Both the position numbers and the translations under genes were made by a program. A stretch of 64,000 bases of DNA, taken from Octopus vulgaris (taxonomy: Eukaryota). The DNA is taken from contig OX597814.1 in NCBI GenBank assembly GCA_951406725.2, positions 62,806,001 to 62,870,000 of the forward strand. Reading direction: 5' to 3'. Within the stretch, counting starts at the first letter, position 1, and each line of letters starts with the position of its first letter. The notes beneath the pieces are model-generated. The model searched no databases, was not told where the DNA came from, and saw only the letters and a program-made list of their open reading frames with translations. This document shows, piece after piece, positions 40,001-54,309 of this stretch.

Positions 40001-41064
40001 TTTGTATATATATATATATATATACATATACACACGCACATACACACGCGCATAAATATACGCAGATAGATAAATGGTTCCCACACATTTTGTCTTCATA
40101 GGGCAGTGAGATAAAAAAATAAAATTTATTTGTGCATTTCACATTGAAATATAATAAAAAAATTATTTAACGCTAAAATTAAATAGAAAACCCACAAAGA
40201 CATAGAAAACTATACCGATCTTGCTTTATTAGTTTTCAACAAGTCCAGACATTATTATGGGTTTTCTAAAGCCTTAAGTCATATAGGTAAAAATTTCATG
40301 ACGTACTGAGCTGATCTTTGTGTAGTTTGAGAACTGCTGAAGCAAATAAACGATTATTTTCATATTTAAGTAAGGGAACTGACAAGATTCTAATATTTTA
40401 ATTGTTCTCGTGTCAGCTAAGGTCAAAATTTAATGCTGCAAAGCAATGAGTTTCAATTGGGTTGTTGTGGTACCCCAAGTAGCAGTTGTGGTGCCGCCAT
40501 GTCTTAAATTTAAAAACCACAAACAGACAAAATATATAAAGCAAAAACATCAATAAAGTGGTTGAGAGTCTTAAATATTTCGAGACAGGAGAATAATGAG
40601 GTCAAAGAAATGTAGGATAATTAATTGAATCGATAAATAAGTTATCATTTAGCCTTGGATGAACAGCTCTATGCTAAACAGCGCACTAACCTTAAACATC
40701 GATCTTAAATTCAGACGTAGGATGATTGTAGCATGAAATCAGTGGTTTGTGATTTGTGGTCGGTGGACTCTTGGTATTCCGGTAAAATACTAGTGGGAGG
40801 ATCAATGAGTAATACCATCTTGAGGCATGAGCACACTGAACAGTTGTCCGGGGCTCCCCCATGATCTAGAGACTCAATGCTAATCTATGTATACTGCAGT
40901 TATGTATGATAAACCCAGTACATTGTTTTACCTGGATACCTATAAAGCTAACCCAACGTTTCTACGTGTGAGCGGTGTTCGAGGTTTCAAGGTGATGCTT
41001 TGCGCTATGTAATATTTATAAGTACTAACGATAAGACAGTCAGAGATAAAATTTCCAAATATCG

Positions 41065-41605
41065 ATTTCGAATTTTGGCACAAGATTAGCAATTTCGGGG
41101 TAGGGTTCTAGTCGATTACATCGGTGCTTAACTAGTACTTATTTTATCGACTTCCGAAAGGATGAAAGGTAAAGTTGACCACGGTAGAATTTGAACTCAG
41201 AACGTAAAGACGAACGAAATGCCGCTAAGCAATTGGCCCGGCGCGCTAACGATTCTGCCAGCTCCCAGCCTTTAATAAAAAATTTTCCTAATAATAAGGT
41301 TGTTTCCAAATCTGCAGAGTTAATCTAATTTGTTTTAGATGCTATTTAAAACAACATTTCCATTAAAATTGTCTACCACCGAAGCTGAAATTCAGAATAT
41401 TCTTTTCTTCCCTAGGCACAAGGACCGAAATTTTTGGGAGGGGGGCCAGTCGATTAGATCGACCCCAGTAAGTAACTGGTACTTAATTTATCGACCTTAA
41501 AAGGAGGAAAGGCAAAGTCGATCTCGGTGGAATTTGAACGTAAGGACAACCGAAATATAGCTAAGCATTTGCCCCGTGCTAACGTTTCTGCAAGCTCGCC
41601 GCCTT
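41065..41605 (-). mobile_element. Two SINE family B copies (41065-41272 and 41410-41605)
   Basis: Each has GAAAGGA.GAAAGG.AAAGT.GA..C.G..GAATTTGAAC and a CTGC.AGCTC..CGCC-like head. Confidence 0.8.
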
Positions 41606-41745
41606 TGAAATTCAGCATATTGTTGATGCTACCGTGTTCGTCCCTGTGGGAAAATTCATTAAATTTTTTATTTAAATGAATTTTTCACGGACAGCCGGCT
41701 TGTATTTTGTCTGTCTACTCAACAAGCTATTGCTATTAACTAGCA

Positions 41746-42073
41746 GTGAGGGCGCGTGGCTTAGTGGTTAGGGCATTCGGCTCATGATCGTAAGGTTGTG
41801 AGTTCGATTCCCGGTGACGCGTTGTGTCCTTGAGCAAGACACTTTATTTCACGTTGCTCCAGTCCACTCAGCTGGCAAAAATGAGTTGTACTTGTATTTC
41901 AAAGGGTCAGCCTTGTCACTCTCTGTGTCACGCTGATTATCCCCGAGAACTACGTTAAGGGTACACGTGTCTGTGGAATGCTCAGCCATTTGCACGTTAA
42001 TTTCACGAGCAAGCTGTTCCGTTGATCGTATCAGCTGGGACCCTCGTCGTCGTAACCGGCGGAGTCTTTAGTA
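41746..42073 (+). mobile_element. tRNA-derived SINE family C, full length with 11-bp TSD
   Basis: A box TGGCTTAGTGG and B box GAGTTCGATTCC. TSD ATTAACTAGCA at 41735-41745 and 42074-42084. Second copy at 51530-51845. Confidence 0.9.
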
Positions 42074-42775
42074 ATTAACTAGCAACAAACTTATTTTCTC
42101 AGTTCCATTTCTCAGTTACAACTTATATGTAACTTTCTTTCTTACTTATTTCTGTCTACTTTGATAAAGCCTTCACCCGAAACATCAACCCACTTCTTTT
42201 CGTTTTCGTTTTTTTTTCATTTGGCATACAATTCACTGTGCCCACTTTTTTTGGCATTTACATTTTGTCCATCACCTTTTGAACTTTGTAACCTCTTATC
42301 TCACGTTGTTCAACTGTCCGTCTCTTATTCCCCTCGTTCCATTTATACTATGTAATTGAATATAAACTTATATAACAGCATTAGTAAAAATCTCTTGTTT
42401 CATGAAATATTGTTAACAAGTCCTTGGTTATAAAAAATGTAAGAAGCTACAGCTCGAAATGCACTATGTTTCCATCCTTTTTAAAGATGGTTGGGTACTG
42501 TTTGAGGAAGACTTGAGTGTTATTTCTTGTAACTCAAGTAACCTTAAACAGGCGCCATAATTTTAGTGACACTGTTTTTCTTTTCAATTCACTATCGGTC
42601 TCATGGAAAGATTTGGTAAAGATCAACCCAGATGGCATTGAACTCAAAATAATCTGTAGGAATTATTTACTCTTTCAGTAAATCTTCTTTAAACCAGGCT
42701 TTGAAGTCAGCTCTACTTTCTGAAGACAAAGCATTATAAAGCGAAGTCAAAGAGCTGACGTATTTGTGTATTTAA

Positions 42776-42983
42776 TTCTTTAGCATTCAGATTATTCTGT
42801 CAAACGTGATGCTTATTTACTCACATTGTTTTGAGTTAATCACGCATCTAATATTTCGATGATGTGATTGTTTATTTTTACAATGACATTGTAGGATGGG
42901 TGTGAGAGGAACGATCTGGTCAGTTTGACCATAAAACAGGTAGAATATTTTAGCCAAATATAGCCTATTTAAATGCTAAAGGG
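42776..42983 (-). mobile_element. piggyBac-like MITE
   Basis: TTAA-TTCTTTAGCATT ... AATGCTAAAGGG-TTAA. Confidence 0.65.
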
Positions 42984-45283
42984 TTAAGATGTTCGCTTCG
43001 CATCCTCGTTGTACGGCATCATTATAAGAGGCTACCGTACACGATTTTTATTTAAGGTGAACACTGAATCACATCGTTACGAAGCAGTCTTGCCCACCAA
43101 GGTAACTGTATGTTGATGTTTAGACCCATGTCATCTCAAATTGAGCAGACTGGGACACATCCTTACCAACGTTATGGCATATAACTCAGTCGGACTCACA
43201 ATCATGAGTTATTGAATTCGATTCCCAGAACCGGCTGTGTGCTGTGTTTTTGCGCAAGACACTTTATTTCACGTTGCTTCATTTCACTCAGCTGTAGAAA
43301 TGAGTTGCAATGTCACTGGTGCCAAGCTCTATCGGCCTTTGCCTTTCCTTTGGATAACATCGGTGACTGGAGAGAGGAAGGTGGTATGTATGGCGACTAC
43401 TGGTCTTCCATAAACAACCTTGCCCGAACTTGTGCCGCATAGGGGAACTTTCTAAGTTCAATCCCATGATGATTTATCACCGAAGGGGCCTTTACCGTTT
43501 TTACAAGTTATGCACTAGGTAGTTTTATCTGTATTGTAATCTAGTATAAGAACAAGTTCTCTTAGGAATATTTATTTGACACACTTACGTCCTATATAGA
43601 GGACATTCATAATTTATCTACATACTTTGAAACTGTCACAGGCATGGTTGTGTGGTTAGAAAGTTCGCTTGTAAATAGGATATTTCCTTATTCGATACCC
43701 CCGAATGGTACCTTAGACAAGTGTTTCATATATTCTTATATCAACCAATTCGTTGAGAACGTAATTTGGTAAAAGGTGTCTGTGTTGGCGCCCGTCGCAC
43801 ATATTCCCATATACACATATACACACATATATGCATACATACATACGTACATACATACATACGTACATACATACATACATACATACATACATACATACAT
43901 ACATACAAGTATATGTATACGTGTGTGTATGTATACACACACAGATATATTTGTTTGCAAAATTTATACGCATCATCTAGAGAGATATAATTGTTGACGT
44001 GAAACAAAAAGTACCTTGTAACGTTTATTTAGTAAGAGTTAAGTAAGCACTTCCTTGTTATTACTGCGATATCAAACTGCAATGAACCAGTAAGTAGTCA
44101 TTCAGAAACGTATAAACGACCGTAATGTTTACAGAATCTTTCATGTCATACACAAAAAAAAACCCCTATAATTAACCGATTTGTTTAACAATACTTAGAT
44201 TTGTTCATTTATTCTTTAAAAATTTTGACATGTAGGATGATATAACTGGGTAGGTGTTATATTTGGAAAGGAGTGTATTTTTTCATGAGTGTATTTTTTC
44301 ATTGTCGAATTCGGGTTGAATTGAACAATAGAAAAAACCCAAAGCAAAGAACAAACAAACAGAAAAACAACAGTAAAAAATGCCTTTGGTTCTCTTTATC
44401 AGAACTGACCAAAGCTAAAGAAGAAGAAGAAGTAGAAGAGGTAGAGGAGGAGGAGGAGAAGGAGGAGGTGCAGCAACACAACAAACAACAACTCTTCCGA
44501 TTAAGCTTTTCATGTGGTTAAACAATAACACCTTCAGGAACTACCAAAAATCTTTTATAAGGCTAGACATACTAGAAATATCAATCAAATCTTTCTGAAA
44601 TAACTATCTACCGGCTCGAAAGGACACATCGGGTAGAGTAGTCCAATCTACACTATTTCTGAAATAAAATAGGGATAGCAATAGCTGGATTGCTTTTGAT
44701 TATTTGTCTTCTGAACCAAGGCTGATTTGAGTTTTAAAAAACAACAAAAAAACCCAACAGCAGTAGCAAAGGCGGCAGCAGCAGCAACAACAACAACATA
44801 TCCAGATTATCACACAGCATACCATACAATTCATCATTGTATGTGGGAATGTAAAGAATGGGCGTAAGCGACGGTAGCATGAACAATAGATCAGGTGGGG
44901 TGGGCACCAAATCATTTTGTCGAGTTCCTACGTGTCACAGGACTGCTCAATGAAGGCTGAGCTAAAACAGTGACAACAACAAAAGAGTAGTAACTGATTG
45001 ATGGAATGTCTTGACATTTGCTACGTATTTGTTTCTTGCCGGTGGGTACACAGTTTTTGTTTTTTTCTTTTCTTTTCTTTGCTTTTTGGAAAATAGTTTC
45101 ACATCCACCCACTCTCCATACAATACCGACCAGAGAGGGTTACCGGGGGACGAACCTTTTTTATTTAAAAAAAAAATACCCAATAACAGGGAATTATTCT
45201 GTACGATCAACAATACGGCTGAAATTACCTCAAGAAAGCATTCTATATATTAAATTGAAATTAAATAGGGCTTCGCGCGCACA

Positions 45284-45330
<47 letters not shown>

Positions 45331-47193
45331 ACACACTCAAAGGCACACACAGACACGCGCGGCATGCACACACATAATCTATCTATCTATCTAGTTATTT
45401 GTCCGTCTCTTTCTCTATACGTGTGTATGTGTGCGTGTGTGCACGCGCACGTATACGTGTGTCTTTATCTGAATATAGATCCAACACTGCATGTTATAAC
45501 TTTCTTAAACCAACGCGTCTATGTTAACACAGTGATTAAAGATTGAAGAAAATAGGCAATAGGAGTATATGCATATTTCAAGCGTTATTGCTTTTTCGTC
45601 AGCACCATATCCAAACCATTAACTCTCCATGATCACGTTGCTTAAATGGCCATTAAGTGTAACGGTGTAAAACTAATGGATAGACTAATTTAGCGATTAA
45701 CGACATTCATGGCAACTGGTACGTGCATATTAATGGACGAAATATGCATATACGACCATTACCTATTTTCTCTACATTCGATATCGTTGTTTATATAGAC
45801 GTGTTCGTATACGAAACGTCGTAACTTTCAGTGCTGGCTCTGAATTCTATAGGAAATGTATGGCAATAAACTTAAAAGTGGATACATCGCACTACCACCA
45901 CAAGGTAAGGCGCTATATTGACTAGTAAACTTCGAATATAATTGGAAATATATATGCGCGCGCGCGCGTATTTCCAAATGTGGATGTTATTTGGCCTAAT
46001 CTAGAAAGATATGCAGCAAAGTTGTCCTCCACTTTGCACTTTGCAACGCAGGAAATTTGCGGAACGCATGTAGTCGATTGAAACAATCTAGTACTTGACT
46101 GGTGCTTAATTTATCGATTTGGAGAAAGGAGAAGGATAAATGGTTTGAATTTAGTGTATAAAGGGCTATAACTAAATGAAATAAGGCATTTTTGTCCAAC
46201 ATTTTACTTATTCTAACGCATTGCTGTTCAGTCCTGTGCCTGTCCTGTGCATCATATGTAATACACAGGGCATTTCCCTAGCATCAATATGTCATGTCTG
46301 ATACACATTCCCAATTGTTTCCAACTTCAAGAGTAAATTTGGACTTATTAAAAACAAAAACAAAAACCTTATGTTATTCAGAATGTATCAAACAAGGGCT
46401 AATTAAATGTTTGAAAACGAGTAAGGATATTTAGGATACTTACAAAACTGCTTTGGACAGGCAAACGGTTAATCATTAACAATGTCTAACATGGGCACAG
46501 GGACACAAAATTTTAGGGAAAGATAACGTCGAACTCCAGCAAGGGATGAAATTAAATACCACAAGGCATTTTGTACAACTTTCTATTATTTGTGACACCA
46601 TTCTTCATATCAATGATAATTTCTTATATAGGCTAATAACTAGAAATAAAAATTGTCCTTGTCATTAGGTATACGACCATAAATTTAGTGGGCAGAGTGA
46701 CAGTCGATACGTCTATTCTTTTATTTAAGTGGAGGTTTATTTTGATTTATTTGAGTATATCAATTCCAGTGCGTAGGCTAAACACCTCTTTTACTCGTAA
46801 GGGTTTATAGATTAAGTCGGCAGCGCATAAAACGAGACGACAATCAGAACGAGATATAACACGTTACTTCGACTAAGGGATGAAAATATCCGTGTTTACT
46901 ATCGGTATCAGTTACCTGTGCTCTCCCTGGGCGTGGGTATGCATGCACACTATGCTCGTAGGGGAACAACAGAGTAAACAAAACGTTTTCAGGAAATAAA
47001 TTTAAATAATCAAAAACTGGAGAAAACTTTTGATCCACAAACACAAATTGGACCACATCTGTAGATTACTTTTTAATACAAAACATGACATTTCTATGTC
47101 AGAGAAATTAAGAATATTGTGTTCTACCAGCTGGTTATTGGTATCGCTATTGCATTGCGCTGTTATAAAATAATATCAATATATACATAGAAT

Positions 47194-47606
47194 AAGGCGG
47201 TGAGCTGTTAGAATGGTTAGTAGGCCGGGCAAAATTCTTAGCGGCATTTCGACCGCCGTTACGTTCTAGGGTCAAATTCCACCGAGGTCGTCTTTACCTT
47301 TCATCCTTTCGGGCTCGATAAAATAAGTACCAGTTGATCACTGGGTTGATGTAAATGGACTTACTCCTCCCCTAAAGCCAAAATTTGAAACCAGTATATA
47401 CACAGAATAAGGCGGCAAGCTGGCAGAATAGTTAGCACGCAGGTCAGAATGCATTTCACCATTTCGTCCAGATCTACGTTACAAGTTCAAATTCTGCCTT
47501 TCATCCTTTTGGGGTCGATAAATAAATACCAGTTGAGTGCTGGGGATCGATGCAATCGACTTACCCCCTCCCCCGAAATTGCTGGCTTTGTGCCGAAATT
47601 TGAAAC
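47194..47606 (+). mobile_element. Tandem pair of SINE family B copies
   Basis: Both begin AGAATAAGGCGG..AGCTG and end CC.AAATTTGAAAC. Confidence 0.85.
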
Positions 47607-49233
47607 AGAAAGATGAATCACGAAGTTGACGTTGGTGGTTTTTGAACTCAAAATCCCAAAAACAAATACTGCAAAGTAGACTGTTCGACGATCAAGTCAC
47701 GACAATCTGCCAATTCACTAACCTTGATATCCTATTTTTTTCTTTTTTGCATATTATTAATCTCCGACATCAAAAACGTAGGGATCCGAAAAAATTTTTT
47801 CAAAAAAATGCATTTTTTCAGGAGGGGTGCGATTCTACATTAGTCCCCAAAAGTATTCATTTTGTTGTTTTTAAACAATATAAAATTACTTAAATACTTA
47901 AAATTACTTAAAATTACTTAATAGATTTCAGGCTAATGCTTTAGCAATGTGATTTTTATATATTAATTACACCGACAAAGAAGGAACGTGGATCTTGTTA
48001 TAAGTGTATCAGATGTCAAAATAACGAAAGCAATATGTGTAAAATAAAGAAAGAACTCGCATTGTGTAGTTTTTACAAAAAAAATGCTGTTATGCACTTC
48101 AAGTACTAACGAAATACTTATACAAAAAAGAAAGTACCTTTTAGATTCGCTATGAACATGGGTATTAAAACATATCAAATAGCAGCTGTAAACCTTAATC
48201 AGTTCTTAATCAACAGGAAAACAATTAAAAAAAAATTCAGTTTGAGTTTCTTACGTTCAAAACCTAAAAATCTGAAAACCATCTTGGAATAAATGATAAA
48301 AGAGAGCAAACATCTACAGCGCTAGTTAAAAAAAACATCGTAAGTTGCCAGTTTGTTTCCGAAATGTGCACGTGTGTGTGTGGTAAATCTGTGTCTTACT
48401 GGTAAGATGTGTTGCAGGAATCTCTAAGCAGCACTCATTAACATACAGCGCACGCGCATACGCATACATGTTCTCGTGCACACCCCATTTTTTTTAGACT
48501 GAAACTGTGTAGTAACACATATTCCACGTGCTCCAAGCGTGGTGTTGATGCAAATTTATTCTTTCATCATCTTTGTTGTTTTTCTCCTTCAATCTTCTCA
48601 TTCACATGTATCCATTTTATTTTCAGTCACTGAATGCCTCCTCTCTCGCTCAAAACCTCCTTTCTCCCTCCCACATTCTTTCGCTCAAATACCTCCTCCT
48701 TCTCTCCTTCATTCTCAAAACCTTCCCTTCCTGTTTCCCTCACTCACATACTCATTCGCTCGATCTCCCCTCTTTATTTTACTCATTTACTTTTTGCCTA
48801 TCTTCAAATTCTCTTTTTCTTGCATTTTCCCCCCCGTCGTTCTTTCTCCCCCTTCCCTTACTTTACCGCCAATCCTCTTATTACCGATGTGTTTTTGTTT
48901 TTGGAAGAACGCTTTACGTTAGATACTTGCCCTGTCTGACTGACTAGCTCTCTTTCTCTGCTCTTCTCTCTCTCGAACTCTTCTTTCTTTCGGACTCTTC
49001 TCTCTTTCCAACTTTCTCTGTCTCACACTCACAGTAGGATCCGAAGAAACTAGTGCTGTTTGTGTGTCAGTAAAATATTCAGATAATTCAGGAAATGGAA
49101 TGTTTTTATGCTGTGAGGAAAAAAGTTTAGCGTTACGAGCAGAACATTTCGTCGAGAAAAGATGAAATGTCAACTTGGTTTTGAAGGATAAGTAAACGCA
49201 GATTAGTGGGCATAATTGAGTGCGTGTATAAGT

Positions 49234-49280
<47 letters not shown>

Positions 49281-50239
49281 GAAAGAGAGAGATTGAGAGA
49301 GAAAGAGAAGGATGAGATAGAAGAGGCGGAAGTTGCAATTGTCAGAAAGAGAAAAAATATAAAGCACGCCATCAGATTTAAAAACAACGAGAGTTGTAGG
49401 AGGTAAAGACAAGGGAATGCTATAAACATAGACAGACATATATAAACACACAGAAGTGTGTGCTTGTGTATTCGTATGCGTATCAGAAAAGTAATTAGGG
49501 GTATCGTGAATTTGAAATAGTGAAGTCACTTGGCATGCAAAAAGTAGTATCCATATCCTCTTTCGAATCAACAACGGGTTAAAAATGGAAGAAATTGGAC
49601 AGTGCAATCACTGATATACGGAGACGACGGAACTGTCATGATCGGAATGCCTCCCATACAAACACGTACACAGACACGCATACACACATACATACATACA
49701 CACACACGCACATACATACACACACACAAACACACGCCCAAACACACACTCACACACATGCACACATACACACACACACGTACATGAACACATGCATACA
49801 CACACTCACACACACACACTTACACAACCTCACACACTAACACACACATGCACACACACACACACACATGGTGGCTGTGAAGTCGTAGTTGAGGATGAGC
49901 CTCACTGACAACTATGTTATCTTTGATGTTTATGGCTATCAGCAATGCCTGCGCAGGGATTTAACATCGACATATTGCACGACATTGTTAAGACTCTCAC
50001 CTACAATGCTCTTGCTTGCTTCTGGATCAAGCGAGAGCAAGATCTCCAACTTGCAGTAAGGCAGGTGAGAAGCCTAATATTACTATCATCCCCCGTGAAT
50101 ACACTTTAAATTTTCATGCTTTTTATAAATACATTGACCTCACATTTCACACGTTGAAACACATTTACCCAGACACGCATTTTTACCTCCACATCCATGT
50201 ATCAATGTTATACTGTCATGGAATTTCCTTTCCCTAGAG

Positions 50240-50448
50240 CAAAGGTCGGGGAACCTCTTTAACCAATTACCTCCAAATATATCTATTTACGCCAAAATTA
50301 CCCCCTTGATTCGAAAGGAAGAAAATCATAGATAACAAGGAACATTTTTAAAAATATAATTTTACTTGTGTCTAATGAGTCCTCATTAACCCCCAAAATT
50401 TCATTTTTATTCTACTTGGGGTAATTTACCCCGGTTCGCCGACCCCTG
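50240..50448. mobile_element. hAT (Charlie-like) MITE with perfect 8-bp TSD
   Basis: TSD CCCTAGAG at 50232-50239 and 50449-50456. TIRs CAAAGGTCGGGGAACC / GGTTCGCCGACCCCTG. Confidence 0.85.
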
Positions 50449-51276
50449 CCCTAGAGGGATATCTAATAAAAGACTAAGAACCTCCTACTCACAGCTGTGG
50501 GATGGCCAGTGACTTTTCTGACTTCACAGGTTCCTTAACAGGTTTTTGTTATTCATTAAAAAAAAACTCCCCTCTCCTCCTTACCAAGCAGGCTTTGTAA
50601 GTTTTGCCGGTTTAGTCACACCATCATGCGAGAGACCCTATTGGATTACTTGTTACTAGTAACACTAAGACTGACCTGACTCACACACACACACAAACAA
50701 ACACACACGTGCAAATGTACATAAATACACTCGCGTACACACTCACATACACACATGAACTCAAATAAGTAGTAGTACAGAATAAATAAATGAAGTTGAA
50801 GATGTACAGAGAATATATGAAGATTTATTAAAATTTTAACACGCTCATACACACGCACACACACACATACACACACATATTAACACAAACATACAAACTT
50901 GACCGGTTTCATATTTAATTTTAAAAAGTGTATGGTAGGTGGATCAAATTTTTTTTGATAGCGACAATGTGGCTCAGATTACTATAAGTTAATGTTCAGA
51001 TTGAGTGGTTGAAGATTGTCACGTGGTCAGGTAAGGGATTTGGGGTCACTTTTCCTCTCCGTTTATGTATTAGGGTTATGTGATAGTCTTGCGAGAAGGC
51101 TGCATCAAATCTTTTAGAACAGTTGCTATGAAAGGTGAAAGTCACGACTGAATTTAGGAGTGTCAGTCTGGTGGTTGTGTCCATGCGTTAGATTAAAAGA
51201 CACTCCCACCCAAACAAACACACACACACATACACGCACGCGCACGCGCACACACACGCACGCACACACACACACA

Positions 51277-51317
<41 letters not shown>

Positions 51318-51529
51318 ACACACGCGCGGAAAGGTAAAGAGGTCTTAGTGAAAATGAAATGAAATAACTGAAATTTCCAATACCCAAAATTAAAGTTGAA
51401 TTAAGGAACTTTCATCAATAAGGGCTTTTTATACAGCCATCTCTCTCTATCTCTCTCTCCCCCTATATATATATGTGTGTATGTATGTATATGCATATAT
51501 ATATATGTATACATATATACATAATGAAT

Positions 51530-51845
51530 ACGCGTGGTTTAGCAGATAGTGTATTCAGCTCAAGATCGTAAGGTCGTGAATTCAATTCCGGGCGACGTGC
51601 TCTGCCCTTGAGCAAAATACATTAATTCACCTCGCTTCAGTACACTCAGCTGACAAAAACGAGTAGTACTTGTATTTTAAAGGGACAGCCTTGTCACATT
51701 TTGTATCACGCTGAATCTCCCTGAGAACTACGTTAAAGGTATACGTGTTTGTGGAGTGCTGAGCCACTTGCACGTTAATTTCACGAACAGGCTGTTCCGT
51801 TGATCGGATCAACTGGAACCCTCGTCGTCGGAACCAACGAGGTTC
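51530..51845 (+). mobile_element. SINE family C
   Basis: Co-linear with 41746-42073 (GAGAACTACGTTAA.GGTA.ACGTGT...CCCTCGTCGTCG). Confidence 0.85.
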
Positions 51846-52272
51846 CATGATATATATATGTGTGTGTGTGTGGAGTGGGTGGGTGGGTGTGCGTGTATTT
51901 ATACACACACAAACACATACATACTTGAAGAGGTCGTCGTAACGTTACAAGATGCTAATGCATGGCTGGATCTGAAAAATGAGATATAAATAGACTTGAA
52001 GAAAACTAGACATTCGTTTTACCTGCCGACAATGAAGAAAAACCTACAGTAAAATTGTTTTCTCTTCGTGTTTAGGGATGAAGTATGAGCCGTGTTGTAA
52101 ATTTATTTAACATACAGAGAGACTATTAAATGAAAGCTCGACTGAATTGCAATTCCTAGTTCGAGTTGGGGATTGCAGTCACATAAACCACGCCCATCTT
52201 ACTCACATAGCGAGATTAAATTTGTATATGGTAGGCACATTCATTATGCAAAAAAGTAGGCATTGTGTCAAA

Positions 52273-52358
52273 ACTTACGCAATAACTCGATAAATTACGC
52301 TATACTTACGCAATAACCCAATAAATTACGCAATACTTGCGCAATGACTCAATAACTC
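52273..52358 (+). repeat. Minisatellite, ~31-bp unit, about 2.7 copies
   Basis: ACTTACGCAATAACTCGATAAATTACGCTAT repeated. Confidence 0.7.
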
Positions 52359-52829
52359 AAGTAAATTTTACTGTGAATTTGTTCTTATAGATAGATTTTA
52401 CTGTAATATATAGCTATTTTTTGTATTATTCTATTTTTTGTACTAACTAATTATGTACTACTATTATTTTTTATAACTTATTTTCAAATTTCTAATTATC
52501 AATTAATAATTAAACAAATGAATTTTTTAAAGTGTAAAACTATTTTTAATTTTTAATAGAAGTAACAAGTAATAACAAATAAAGGTAATAACTTGTAATG
52601 AATTTTTTAGCTTTAATAAAAGCTAATATTATCTAAATCTAAATATTTTATTTGAAATTTTATCCTTAGCTGCAATATTTTAAGTAAAAATTTGTTTGTT
52701 CTGTACTTTACTAGACGTAGTAAGTTGTACTGAACTTTCCGTCTGTAATAACTTGTCCTGCAATTTTCCAGGTTTATAATGTTAAGAATATTATTTCTCT
52801 TGCTCGCATTTTCCCATGCAATATACATA

Positions 52830-53446
52830 TCTATATGCTACTAAAACTCTGTGATTGCTTGCGTGCGTGCTTGCGTGCTTGCATGCTTGCTTGTCTGTCA
52901 TTTAATACAGCCAAAGCGGCGCATAATGGGGAATTACTCTGACATTAAATTACCCCTGAAATGTGAATATAAACGAAATAAAACAAGTTTCGCGTAAATC
53001 AGACCACGGATTCCCGAGATACGCAGTTTTTTTGGTACCTACATAAATAACCAAAACGGCGCATAATGAGAAAATACTCCGAAAGTAACATAACCTTGAA
53101 ATACGAATATATAATACAATGAAAATTGTTTCCATTACTTTTACCTTGACGTTATATAACAATTCATTTTGCATTTTTGTAGAAGTATGCACATATGCCA
53201 TAATTAAATTCTGTTACTGGAGTTCAAGTTTATCCCAGAAATTCTATTTCTATTAGATTCTGTAAATAAGCAATACAACCTTAAACCTGAACTTGCAAAC
53301 CAGACCTATGATAGACGAACGAATTGAAATATTTAACTGGATCATCATAAAAATAACTTTTATTTCAATGCAATGCTAAAATCAGGTTCAATGTTTTATA
53401 ACTTGAACCGTCAGTGACCCAACAGGTCACGGGTTGCCTAGTCTAG
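52830..53446 (+). mobile_element. Complete non-autonomous Helitron
   Basis: 5' end A|TCTATATGCTACTAAAA, subterminal hairpin GTGACC-CAACA-GGTCAC, and 3' end CTAG|T. Internal (GCTT/GCGT)n and a ~55-bp direct repeat (52916/53057). Confidence 0.8.
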
Positions 53447-53499
53447 TATATATATATATATATATATATTCCAAAGCCTTTTCATTTTTATATAGTTTT

Positions 53500-53528
53500 C
53501 TGATCAAGGACTACTGTCCGAAACGTTA
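53500..53528 (+). ncRNA. Degenerate hammerhead motif in a PLE terminal fragment
   Basis: CTGATCAA-GGAC(TACT)GTCC-GAAACGTTA with a G8>C core change, followed by AGCGTTAAACTAATACA as in the other PLE termini. Confidence 0.5.
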
Positions 53529-53902
53529 TTGCTCTTTCTTTCTAAGCGTTAAACTAATACAACATTTTAAAAAACTTGACCCATCTGGGTTTTACCTTTT
53601 CTATTTTCGTTTTGTGCAATAGCTTCGCAATATATATCTTTTACTTCTTTAAATCATTAGACTCTGGTCATGCTGGGGCATCGCTTTGAAGGGATTAGAC
53701 AAACAAATCAAACCCCAGGACTTATTATTAAGTCTCGTACTCATTCTATCGGTTCACTTTTGCTAAACCTCTAAACTATGAAGATGTAAACAAACCAACA
53801 TAGATATTCAAGCTTTAGTGGTGGATATAGACATACGCATACACATGTACATTCATGCGTATATGTGTGTGTGTGTAATATACCTTTATGTATGCATGTA
53901 TG

Positions 53903-53961
<59 letters not shown>

Positions 53962-54309
53962 CACAAATAAGGAAATGGAGAAATAAATTTAGTTTGTTCA
54001 TCAACTTTCGGATATTATAATGTTGGATTATTTATTCAAACTAAATTTGATGAACAAACTAAATTTGTTTCTCCATTTTCTTATTTGTATTATAAATTTA
54101 CGGTAAAAATATTTCTTTACCTTCACCCGTTTAATACAATAAATGAATTAATTGCATTGCAATTAAAAACATTTATGTATTAAGAATCTGGGTACTTTAC
54201 CAACAGTATATTGGATAAATGCTATCCCATAGTGGGTTACATCCATAATCCCTATCTTACTTTGTACTATATATATATATATATATATATAAACACACAC
54301 ATGCGATGG

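Noticed and set aside
41749-41815. tRNA gene
   Set aside because: A and B boxes are present, but the sequence continues into a SINE body with a TSD, so it is a SINE head. The same applies to 20900 and 27306.
52273-52358. CRISPR-like array
   Set aside because: Eukaryotic context, tandem units without unique spacers, and no cas genes.
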